From Elusimicrobiota bacterium (GTDB lineage Bacteria > CG03 > SLGR01 > JAGXOG01): a stretch of 20,721 nt of DNA. Both the position numbers and the translations under genes were made by a program. A model generated the notes under the pieces. That model did no database searches and was not told the origin of the DNA. It saw only the letters and a list, made by a program, of their open reading frames with translations. Location: the NCBI GenBank assembly GCA_051745145.1, contig JBNJDT010000024.1, positions 1-20,721 on the forward strand. Direction: 5' to 3'. Below are positions 1 to 10,103 of the stretch, piece after piece. Position 1 is the stretch's first letter. Every line of letters starts with the position of its first letter.

Positions 1-1878
<1,878 letters not shown>

Positions 1879-1882
<4 letters not shown>

Positions 1883-2922
1883 AACCTAATAACCTTCATC
1901 TTACTACTGTCCTTTATATTTTCCAATTCTTCAGGTACCTTAGTGCACGTTATTATACTCTGAACTCCTTTTATTCTCTTTTTTATTTTATTACTCCTTA
2001 TATCGTCCAGTTCACTGAATATATCATCTAACAATATTACCGGATCACTATCTTTTTTTCTTTTAAGTAATTTCCAGACCGCCAGCCTGTAAATAAATAT
2101 GGCAGTGCGGACTTCTCCCCGGGAGCCGTAACTTCTTAAATCCAGATCATCCAGATAAAATTTATATTTATCTCTGTGCGGACCCCAGGTAGTATGCCCG
2201 TATTCAATATCTTTTTCCAGACTTTTTTCTCCCTGGTATTGAGATTCATTATATCGTATTGAATACTTTTTTTCAAAAGACATCTTCCCGGCTTCTTCTT
2301 TCATTATTTTATTAATAGATTTTAAAAACTCTTTTCTCTGCGACACCACGCGGTCGGATATTTTTAATAGTAATTTTGTATAAGTTTTTAAAGTACTTGA
2401 ATTACTCTGTCCTTTCTTCTCTTCATTTTTTAAAACTGTATTTCTCTCATTTATTAATTTTCTATATTTAATTAAGTGATCTATGTAACGGGTATTTATC
2501 CGGGAAATACTTATATCTATTATACGCCGGGTACGGGAAGGTGAATTTTTAATATCTTCAATATCTTCCGGAGAAAACAGTATGGCCGCAAACGTTTTTA
2601 TTAAATTTTTTCTCTTTATTTTTGTCCCATTAACCGTGGATTTAAACCCCGTACCCGGAATATATCGTATATCTATCTTATTTTTTAAAGAATTATCTTT
2701 AATATTTCCCGTAACTCTCATACTGTCTTCTTCTAATTTTAATAATTCTTTTAATTTATTTGTCCTGTGAGAAGTGCCGGTAGCCAGTAAAAATACCGAC
2801 TCCAGTAAATTTGTTTTTCCCATTCCATTATTACCCACTATTAAATTTAAACTATTTCCGAAATTTATTTTCTTCTTCTCAAAATTCCGGTAATTATATA
2901 TGGCAAGTTCATTTATGTGCAA
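1879..2922 (-). CDS. recF: DNA replication/repair protein RecF
   Basis: NYRNF, Walker A GNNGMGKTNLLE, GPHRD, signature YGSRGE, Walker B ILLDDIFSELD; TTG start; synteny with dnaN. Confidence 0.95.
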
Positions 2923-2926
2923 CTTA

Positions 2927-4045
2927 TTAAGCTTGTGAAGGCCTCATAGGCATGATTACTCCTATGTAATTCTCATCAGAGGATTCCGGAGTAATTTTTC
3001 CGGGATTTATGGGAGATGTTAAACTGAGTTTAATTTTATCGCTGTTTATAACTTTTAATATATTTATTATAAAGTCTGGATTAAATGATATCTCTATTTC
3101 TTCACCTTTGTATTCAACCGGAATACTACTTGTACCCGTCCCTTCCGTAGCACTTAATGAAATAACTAATTTATTATCGCTGAATTTATATTTAACCGGT
3201 TCCGTTCCCATGGATTTTACCGCAAGCATTTTCTTAGTTGCCGAAAGAAGCTGGTCTGTATTTAAAACTATATTTTTATCCTGCTTTTCGGGAATAACCT
3301 GATTGTAATTAGGATAATCACCTTCAATTAACCTAGAATATATAGTAGTATTTCCAACCTGCATACTGATCTTATTTTCAGAAGAACTTAAACTGACTTT
3401 AACTTCATCCTTATCCGAAGTAGCAATTTTTCGCAGCACATTTATGGCATTAGTAGGTATGATTGCCTGAATTTCATCCCCGGTCTGGTCCAGTTCTTTT
3501 TCAAAATAAGATAGTTTCCGTCCGTCAGTAGATACCATTTTAAGTTTATTTTTCTTACACTGAAAATATATGCCGCAAAGTATAAATCTCGACTCATCTT
3601 TGGAAACAGATATTATAGTCTTATCTATGCCCTCACACAAAGTCTGTGTATCTACAGCAGTCTTTTTTACTTTTTCTATATCCGGAATCGAAGGAAATTC
3701 TTCTGCATTTCCGGCAGTTATAGTATATGTGGTATTTTTATTTTCTCCGCTTAATTCATATTCATTATCAGTGATTTTTTTAATAAAACATTTTTCTGTA
3801 TCAATCATTTTTGTCATATCGAAAAGCTGCCTGGCAGGCAGGGCAACAACACCTTCTTTTTCTACATCTGTTTTCATGCTCGATACTATACCTATATCTA
3901 AATCCGTTCCGTATACTTGGATGCTGTCATCCTCTGCAGTAATGTGAAAAAGAGAGAGTGACGGTAAATTACTCTTACTTGATACAGCGGGTAATACGGT
4001 TGATAGTAGATCCACAAATTTTTCTGTTTTTAAATTTAATTTCAT
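2927..4045 (-). CDS. dnaN: DNA polymerase III beta sliding clamp
   Basis: 372 aa; GTDLDI, STDGRKLS, SRLIEGDYPNY, FNPDF, C-terminal IMPMR; AAGGAGG SD at 4064-4058. Confidence 0.97.
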   Translation of the reverse strand: MKLNLKTEKFVDLLSTVLPAVSSKSNLPSLSLFHITAEDDSIQVYGTDLDIGIVSSMKTDVEKEGVVALPARQLFDMTKMIDTEKCFIKKITDNEYELSGENKNTTYTITAGNAEEFPSIPDIEKVKKTAVDTQTLCEGIDKTIISVSKDESRFILCGIYFQCKKNKLKMVSTDGRKLSYFEKELDQTGDEIQAIIPTNAINVLRKIATSDKDEVKVSLSSSENKISMQVGNTTIYSRLIEGDYPNYNQVIPEKQDKNIVLNTDQLLSATKKMLAVKSMGTEPVKYKFSDNKLVISLSATEGTGTSSIPVEYKGEEIEISFNPDFIINILKVINSDKIKLSLTSPINPGKITPESSDENYIGVIMPMRPSQA

Positions 4046-4202
4046 TTTATTTTAAATCCTCCTTTATTCCTTATTATAATTAAATAACCTTTAATTAACA
4101 ATTAATATAATAACTCTATGTTAATTTGTTAAAAACAAACATTCATACTCGATAAACTTGCTTTAACAACCTGTGTGAAGTTCTTATTTCTTTTTAACAT
4201 TA
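4046..4202. other. Putative oriC (dnaA-dnaN intergenic) with DnaA-box-like repeats and an AT-rich unwinding segment
   Basis: 157-bp very AT-rich spacer with five TTAACA-core 9-mers (4092-4100, 4119-4127 rc, 4127-4135 rc, 4160-4168, 4191-4199) plus CTTCACACA (4172-4180 rc). Gene orientation diverges around dnaA. dnaA-dnaN is a common oriC location. Confidence 0.65.
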
Positions 4203-5564
4203 TTAAGATACCGCCTTAATTTTCTCAATTATTTTATCTAAAATGTTTTGAAAATAAGGATCTTCGTTTAATTTATCTTTTATTACGTTACAAGCGTACA
4301 TTACAGTAGTATGATCTCTGCCTCCGAATTCATTTCCGATATTCGTTGTTGACTTATCGGTAAGCTTTCTGGTTAAATACATAGCCAGATGTCTTGGAAA
4401 TACAATTTTTTTATGTCTTTTTTTACTTTTTAGATCGTCTACTTGTACGTGATAATAGTCTGCCACAATTTTCTGAATTTTACCGGTGGAAATCTCATCC
4501 AGTTTTTTGTCTTTATCGATTATATCTTTTAAAATCTCTTTTGTATTGTCTACGGTAACTTCACTCCCCATTAGCGATGAATGGGCATAGATTCTAATAA
4601 GCGCTCCCTCTAGTTTTCTCACATTGTCTTTAATATTCGTGGCTAGAAAAAGAATGACGTCATTGGGTACATCTAAGTTTTCCCATTCTGCTTTTGATTT
4701 TAATATGGCTATCCTGGTTTCTAAATCCGGGGGTTGAATGTCGGCAATTACTCCCCATTGAAATCTCGAAGAGAGTCTTTCTTCTAATGTTTTTATCTTG
4801 TCAGGGGATTTATCAGAAGTTATAACGATCTGTTTTTGAGATTCATAGAGCTCGTTAAATATATGGAAAAATATATCCTGGGTCCTCTCTTTATTTTCCA
4901 GAAACTGTATATCGTCAATAAGTAAGATAGAAACATTTAAAAATTTCTTTTTAAATGTGGGCATATTTTTTTTACGCATACTGTCTACCATTTCCTGCAT
5001 AAATTTTTCACAGGTTATGTATCTTACTTTAGTTCTGGGATTATTACTTTTGATTGTATGACCTATAGCGTGTAAAAGATGGGTTTTTCCCAACCCCACT
5101 CCGCTGTAGATGAACAGTGGGTTATATCGCGTGCCCGGGTTGTTAGATACGGCTTCGGCCGTAGCCTGGGCAAATCTATTGGAAGATCCTACTACAAAAG
5201 CGTCAAATGTATACCGTGGGTTTAAATCGGAACCGGGAAAATTAGTCTCATTTTCAGGGAAATGCGTGGGTTCGGGCAACTCATTTTTAGAAGGGGGTTT
5301 ATAGGAAAAGTCATCCGTATCTATAATAAATTTAATTTTTGTATTTTCAAATTCTTCAAGAGAATGTATAGCTTCTAAAATATCTTTTTTATTTTTTTCC
5401 ATCCAGTTTGAAAAATATTTATTGGGAACTTTTAAAGTAAGTATATTATCTTCGAATGAATCTATTTTTGTAGGTGAAAACCATAAATCAACGGTCTTTG
5501 TTGAAAATTTTGATTTTAATTTTTCTGTCGTTTTTTTCCATATGTTATTGAGTTTTAATTGCAT
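4203..5564 (-). CDS. dnaA: Chromosomal replication initiator DnaA (likely start ATG 5564, 453 aa)
   Basis: LNPRYTFDAFVVGSSN, YNPLFIYSGVGLGKTHL (Walker A), LLIDDIQF (Walker B), RLSSRF, NVRKLEGAL, GGRDHTTV (domain IV). The track's 5615 start reads through DnaA boxes, so the internal ATG (MQLKLNNIW) is preferred. Confidence 0.98.
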   Translation of the reverse strand: MQLKLNNIWKKTTEKLKSKFSTKTVDLWFSPTKIDSFEDNILTLKVPNKYFSNWMEKNKKDILEAIHSLEEFENTKIKFIIDTDDFSYKPPSKNELPEPTHFPENETNFPGSDLNPRYTFDAFVVGSSNRFAQATAEAVSNNPGTRYNPLFIYSGVGLGKTHLLHAIGHTIKSNNPRTKVRYITCEKFMQEMVDSMRKKNMPTFKKKFLNVSILLIDDIQFLENKERTQDIFFHIFNELYESQKQIVITSDKSPDKIKTLEERLSSRFQWGVIADIQPPDLETRIAILKSKAEWENLDVPNDVILFLATNIKDNVRKLEGALIRIYAHSSLMGSEVTVDNTKEILKDIIDKDKKLDEISTGKIQKIVADYYHVQVDDLKSKKRHKKIVFPRHLAMYLTRKLTDKSTTNIGNEFGGRDHTTVMYACNVIKDKLNEDPYFQNILDKIIEKIKAVS

Positions 5565-5585
5565 GATATAATTAGTTATTAAGGC

Positions 5586-5614
5586 TTTTCCACAGGTTAT
5601 TAACAATGTTAACA
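5586..5614 (+). promoter_or_regulatory. DnaA-box cluster upstream of dnaA (autoregulation or second half of a bipartite origin)
   Basis: TTTTCCACA 5586-5594 (1 mismatch to TTATCCACA), TTATTAACA 5597-5605, ATGTTAACA 5606-5614 in tandem. Confidence 0.7.
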
Positions 5615-5691
5615 ACCGTTATAAATACAGGAAAGGGAATAATTTAGTAAAATTTTTTTTCCAGGTATTCCTGCAAGTTAGATCTTTGTTT

Positions 5692-5720
5692 ATGATAAAA
5701 AAAAAACCATTTTAAGTCAA
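5692..5720 (-). promoter_or_regulatory. Sigma70-type promoter for dnaA
   Basis: Minus strand TTGACT (5720-5715), 17-bp spacer, TATCAT (5697-5692). Confidence 0.7.
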
Positions 5721-5725
5721 GATTC

Positions 5726-5753
5726 TTGACAAGATAATTGAAAGGACTATAAT
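5726..5753 (+). promoter_or_regulatory. Sigma70-type promoter for the rnpA-yidD-yidC operon
   Basis: Perfect TTGACA (5726-5731), 16-bp spacer, perfect TATAAT (5748-5753). Confidence 0.75.
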
Positions 5754-5800
5754 TTAAAAGCTAAATAAGATAACGATAAAAATAAGGTTAATCAAATTAC

Positions 5801-6136
5801 TTGAATCAAAGATTTCGAAAAAAGAACAGATTAGGAAAAGACACTTCAAAAGTAGTTTCCAGAGGAAAACGAAGAAGATTTGGAAATATAGTGTTATTTT
5901 ACCGTCCCGGTAAATTGCCCAGGTTATCTGTAATTATAGGGAAAAAAGTGGGTAACAGCGTTACCAGAAATAGATTAAAACGCTGGACCAGGGAAATTTT
6001 TAGAAAAAGTAAGAATAAAATAAAAAATTACGATATTGCGATCAATTACAAGCCGGGATCAGCAGATTATAAATTTCCTGAAGTGGAAGAAAAATTATTA
6101 AAATTGTGGAGAGAAAACAAATTATTAAAAGATTAA
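5801..6136 (+). CDS. rnpA: Ribonuclease P protein component
   Basis: Basic 111 aa; RNR motif IGKKVGNSVTRNRLKRWTREIFR; TTG start; canonical position. Confidence 0.95.
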   Translation: MNQRFRKKNRLGKDTSKVVSRGKRRRFGNIVLFYRPGKLPRLSVIIGKKVGNSVTRNRLKRWTREIFRKSKNKIKNYDIAINYKPGSADYKFPEVEEKLLKLWRENKLLKD

Positions 6137-6375
6137 TAAATAAAATAGTTGATTTAGTTAATGGTTTATTGATTATTTTTATAAAATTTTATCAAAAAAT
6201 AATATCCCCCGTATTGGGCAATAACTGTAGATTTACACCTACGTGCAGTAACTATTTTATAGAGTCTCTTAAACAAAAGGGTTTATTTAAAGGATCGGTC
6301 GCCGGATTTTATAGAATAATAAGATGTAATCCGTTTAATTCCGGCGGAGTTGATCCGGTCGTTAAGGAGAAATAA
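6106..6375 (+). CDS. yidD: Membrane protein insertion efficiency factor YidD
   Basis: YQKIISP, CRFTPTCSNY, RIIRCNPF..GGVDPV; exact start uncertain. Confidence 0.95.
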   Translation: MERKQIIKRLINKIVDLVNGLLIIFIKFYQKIISPVLGNNCRFTPTCSNYFIESLKQKGLFKGSVAGFYRIIRCNPFNSGGVDPVVKEK

Positions 6376-6377
6376 TT

Positions 6378-7979
6378 ATGCAACAAAAAAGATTAATTTT
6401 AGCTATAGCTATATCCATGTTTATACTGATATTTTTTCAGCAGATGCAACAGCCGCCGCCAGAATCAACCAGCGATCAGGAAACAGTGGAAGCTGATTCC
6501 CAATCTGTAGCCAAAAAGACAACATCACAGTCTGGGGAAACAGAAAAATCAGCAGAGGATGACGAAAAAGAGAAAGAAAAAACAGACCGGGATTATGAAA
6601 TAATAAAATTAACTTCTGACAATATAATTCTAGGAGTTAATTCATTAAATTCGGGATTGTCAAAAGTTAAAATTAAAGATAAAAACGGTGAATTTATTAA
6701 TCTGGTAAGAAGTAAAAAGTATGAACACGCGCCTTTAAAGTTATTAACCGGTGACTGGAAATTAACTAAAAATTCCCGGGATAATGAGATAACTGCAGAA
6801 TATTCAACGGAAAAATTAGAAGTTGTAAGAAAATACAGGGTGGAGAACGGATTAGTTAAGATTACAAATAATTTTGAGAATAAAGAGCTGGCCGCTCGGG
6901 AAGTAAAAATAAAACAGGGCTGGTATAATGGCCTGGACACAACGGCGGACCTTGAAGAAGAAAATCATGAAGATACCAGACTTTTCCTGAAAAAAGGTGA
7001 AGATATTGAAGATGATTTGGAAAAGTCCGAAATTTCAGACGATTTAAAGTGGGGGGGGATAATGAACAGATTTTTTATTTCTGCTTTTTTAAATTTAGAG
7101 CAGAATTTTGATACTGTAACTACTAAAAATACAAAAACAGGGGGAGGCGGCTGTTCGGGTTCCCCGGAAGACGCAGCCTTTCCGGAAATAGAATTTACCG
7201 GGACAAAAATTTTAGAAGGGCAAGAGGATTATTCTTTCAATCAGGAATTTTATATCGGCTTAAAAAATTATACTGTATTAAAGAGTTTTGACGAAGAACT
7301 GGATAAGACACTCTCTTTTGGAATATTTGGTTTTTTAAGTAGATTATTTCTAGGAGTACTGACCACCTTTTACGGCTGGGTGGGAAATTACGGCATAGCA
7401 ATAATAATGTTAACTTTTCTACTTCAGATATTTATATTTCCTCTGACAATTAAAAGCTTTAAATCAATGAGCGAAATGAAAAAACTGCAGCCAAAAATGA
7501 AAAAAATACGCGATAAATTTGAAGACGATCCCCAGAGAATGAATGAAGAAATTATGCATCTTTACAAGAAACATAAAGTAAATCCTCTCGGCGGCTGTTT
7601 TCCATTAATTTTACAAATGCCTATATTTATTAGTTTATTTACAATGTTAAGGGCGGCCGCCGAACTGAGATTTGCCTCTTTTTTATGGATAAAAGATCTG
7701 GCCCAGCCCGACGTTCTTTTTAAAGCCGTCCCCCTTTTAAATGAGATACCGGTTATAGGTTCGGCCGGGCCCCTGCCTCTATTTATGGGCGGAGCAATGT
7801 TTCTGCAGCAGAAGGTCACTGGAGGTTCTACAGGTCCTCAGAAAAACTTAACTTACATAATGCCTGTTGTATTTACTTTTTTATTTATGAGATTTCCCGC
7901 GGGCCTTGTACTTTACTGGTTGACGAATAGTTTGTTAACTTTTATAGTACAATATACAGTAAGTAAAAAGAAAGATTAA
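6378..7979 (+). CDS. yidC: Membrane protein insertase YidC, long form with periplasmic domain
   Basis: N-terminal TM, large soluble domain, GNYGIAII, KKLQPK, NPLGGCFPLILQMPIF, FLWIKDLAQPD, PAGLVLYWLTNS; AAGGAG SD at 6364-6369. Confidence 0.97.
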   Translation: MQQKRLILAIAISMFILIFFQQMQQPPPESTSDQETVEADSQSVAKKTTSQSGETEKSAEDDEKEKEKTDRDYEIIKLTSDNIILGVNSLNSGLSKVKIKDKNGEFINLVRSKKYEHAPLKLLTGDWKLTKNSRDNEITAEYSTEKLEVVRKYRVENGLVKITNNFENKELAAREVKIKQGWYNGLDTTADLEEENHEDTRLFLKKGEDIEDDLEKSEISDDLKWGGIMNRFFISAFLNLEQNFDTVTTKNTKTGGGGCSGSPEDAAFPEIEFTGTKILEGQEDYSFNQEFYIGLKNYTVLKSFDEELDKTLSFGIFGFLSRLFLGVLTTFYGWVGNYGIAIIMLTFLLQIFIFPLTIKSFKSMSEMKKLQPKMKKIRDKFEDDPQRMNEEIMHLYKKHKVNPLGGCFPLILQMPIFISLFTMLRAAAELRFASFLWIKDLAQPDVLFKAVPLLNEIPVIGSAGPLPLFMGGAMFLQQKVTGGSTGPQKNLTYIMPVVFTFLFMRFPAGLVLYWLTNSLLTFIVQYTVSKKKD

Positions 7980-8010
7980 GATAAAGTACTGAATATATAG
8001 AGGAATTTTT

Positions 8011-8676
8011 ATGAATGACAAGAGAGAATTTAAAGGTAAAGATGTCGAAGCCGCTATAAAGAAAGGGTTAGATAAACTAAATTTAGATAAAGAAGAAGTG
8101 GAAGTTAAAATATTAGACGGCGGAAAAGCAGGGTTGTTTGGACTTATGGGTTCAAAGCCAGCAAAAGTTCAGTTAATAAAGAAAAATGAACACTCGGACG
8201 CCGCCGATACCGATATAAACTGGGATAAAACAGTTAAAAAGACGACAGAATTAGTAAAATTGATTACCGATAAAATAGATACCCATGCCCGGATAGAAAC
8301 TGAAAAAGATGAATCAGAAGTTAAAGTCGAAATTTTTAGTGAAAACAGCGGGGTAATGATCGGAAAAAAAGGTACCACCTTAAAAGATTTTCAGTACATA
8401 GTGAATTTAATGTTAAAAAGGGAACCGGATACCAGAGTAAATGTGAATATTGATATAGAAAATTACAAATCTGAACGGAATTCTAAATTATTTAAAAAAT
8501 TGGGAAAGACAATTGAAAAAGTAAAAAAAGACGGTAAGCCCCGAAAATTAAAACCCATGAATTCTTCGACCCGAAAAATTATTCACAAAAAAGTCAAAAA
8601 TATAGATGGCGTAATTTCTGAAAGTGAGGGGGCGGAGAACCGCCGACGGGTCCTTATCAAAAAATCCAGTAACTGA
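8011..8676 (+). CDS. jag: Jag/KhpB/EloR RNA-binding protein (Jag_N-KH-R3H)
   Basis: GKDVEAAIKKGL...GLFG (Jag_N), IGKKGTTL (KH GxxG), RKIIH and SEGAENRRRV (R3H); between yidC and mnmE. Confidence 0.92.
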   Translation: MNDKREFKGKDVEAAIKKGLDKLNLDKEEVEVKILDGGKAGLFGLMGSKPAKVQLIKKNEHSDAADTDINWDKTVKKTTELVKLITDKIDTHARIETEKDESEVKVEIFSENSGVMIGKKGTTLKDFQYIVNLMLKREPDTRVNVNIDIENYKSERNSKLFKKLGKTIEKVKKDGKPRKLKPMNSSTRKIIHKKVKNIDGVISESEGAENRRRVLIKKSSN

Positions 8677-8720
8677 AAATTTTTACTGCTAAAAAAATAG
8701 AAATTTTATAAAGTCAAAAA

Positions 8721-10103
8721 ATGGATCATAATACAATTGTTGCTACCGCCACTCCCCCGGGAATATCAGCTTTGGGAATTGTCAGGCTGTCAGGGCCCCG
8801 GAGTTTGAGTATACTTGAGAAAATATTTAATACACCTGCCGGAAATTTTAACAGTGAAAATATTCAAACCCACACTCTTCACTACGGTAATATAGAACAC
8901 AGCGGGAAAATAATAGATGAAGTTACTGTAAATATTTTTAAAAATCCCCATTCTTATACCGGAGAAGATATGGTTGAGATAAACTGTCATGGGAACAGCA
9001 TTATATTGGATACTGTAATGAAACTCTGTATCGTTCTGGGAGCAGAACCTGCCCGGCCGGGGGAATTTTCCAAGCGGGCTTTCTTAAACGGAAAGATGGA
9101 TTTATCTCAGGCGGAAGCAGTTAACAGCCTTATCCATTCAAGATCGAAAAAATCTATACACAAAGCAGTTAAATTGGTAAAGGGGGAGTTAAAAAATAAA
9201 ATAGAAGAGATTAAAGACAGGATCCAGTATTTAAGGTCCCGGCTCAATGCCGATATAGAATGGGGAGATACTGAGACAGCTGACTTTTTTGAGACGAAAG
9301 CCGAACGCAAAAAATTGCGTTTAATTAAAAAAGATTTATCTGCTCTAGTAAAAAATTCTCAATATGCAACTAAAATTCTCAACGGCTTCCGGGTAGTTAT
9401 ATGCGGCCGGCCCAATGCCGGGAAATCTTCTCTTTTTAATTTATTGCTAACAAAATCACGGAGTATTATAAATAAGCGTCCGGGAACAACCAGGGATGTA
9501 ATAGAAAGTGAAGTACTTGAAAAAGGATGTCTTATAAGGTATTTTGATACAGCGGGTATAGGTTTGGAGACAAAAACTCAGATTGATATGGAGGCTTCCG
9601 ATAAAAGTAAGGAAGCCATACGCCGGGCTGATCTTGTTGTATATTTAATTGACGGTGAAACAGGCATAAAAAAGAAAGACTATAAAATTAGAAATTTAAT
9701 TGACAATACCCCTTGGATTCCTGTGGTAAATAAGATAGACAGAAAGAACAATTTTTCCAGTGAAAAACTGGATAAATTTAGAAAATTCCGTCAGAATCCA
9801 AAAGCAGTTAAAATATCCTGTAATACGGAAAAAAATATAGATAAACTAAAAGAAAAGATTATAGAATTAGTGAGTAAAAATGATATCGACGGACTTATGG
9901 TAACCGCCCGGCAAAGAAGTGCACTGCAGGAAGCTTATGATAAATTAAATAATTCCTTAAGCAGCCTGGAGACGGGTAAATATCAAGATATGATTTCTTA
10001 TGACCTTGCTGAAGTAATAGATGCACTGGGAAAAATAGACGGTACCAGTGTACAAAAAGGTATGCTGGATAAAATATTTGATAATTTTTGTATAGGAAAA
10101 TGA
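8721..10103 (+). CDS. mnmE: tRNA modification GTPase MnmE/TrmE
   Basis: TIVATATPPG, SYTGEDMVEINCHG, GEFSKRAFLNGKMDLSQAEAV, G1 GRPNAGKSS, G2 GTTRD, G3 DTAG, G4 NKID, C-terminal FCIGK. Confidence 0.97.
   Translation: MDHNTIVATATPPGISALGIVRLSGPRSLSILEKIFNTPAGNFNSENIQTHTLHYGNIEHSGKIIDEVTVNIFKNPHSYTGEDMVEINCHGNSIILDTVMKLCIVLGAEPARPGEFSKRAFLNGKMDLSQAEAVNSLIHSRSKKSIHKAVKLVKGELKNKIEEIKDRIQYLRSRLNADIEWGDTETADFFETKAERKKLRLIKKDLSALVKNSQYATKILNGFRVVICGRPNAGKSSLFNLLLTKSRSIINKRPGTTRDVIESEVLEKGCLIRYFDTAGIGLETKTQIDMEASDKSKEAIRRADLVVYLIDGETGIKKKDYKIRNLIDNTPWIPVVNKIDRKNNFSSEKLDKFRKFRQNPKAVKISCNTEKNIDKLKEKIIELVSKNDIDGLMVTARQRSALQEAYDKLNNSLSSLETGKYQDMISYDLAEVIDALGKIDGTSVQKGMLDKIFDNFCIGK

Noticed and set aside
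5565..5615. 17-aa N-terminal extension of DnaA in the ORF track
   Set aside because: Reads through the DnaA-box cluster; ATG 5564 gives a typical domain I start.
5628..5673. CAGGAA...TTCCTG inverted repeat in the dnaA leader
   Set aside because: Short arms; the longer pairing depends on G-U pairs that do not form on the dnaA mRNA strand.
5853..5870. GTTTCCAGAGGAAAAC in rnpA as a second parS
   Set aside because: About five mismatches to consensus, including the CACGTG core.
7051..7058. G8 tract in yidC as a phase-variation site
   Set aside because: In frame (W-G-G) in a normally essential gene; no sign of switching.
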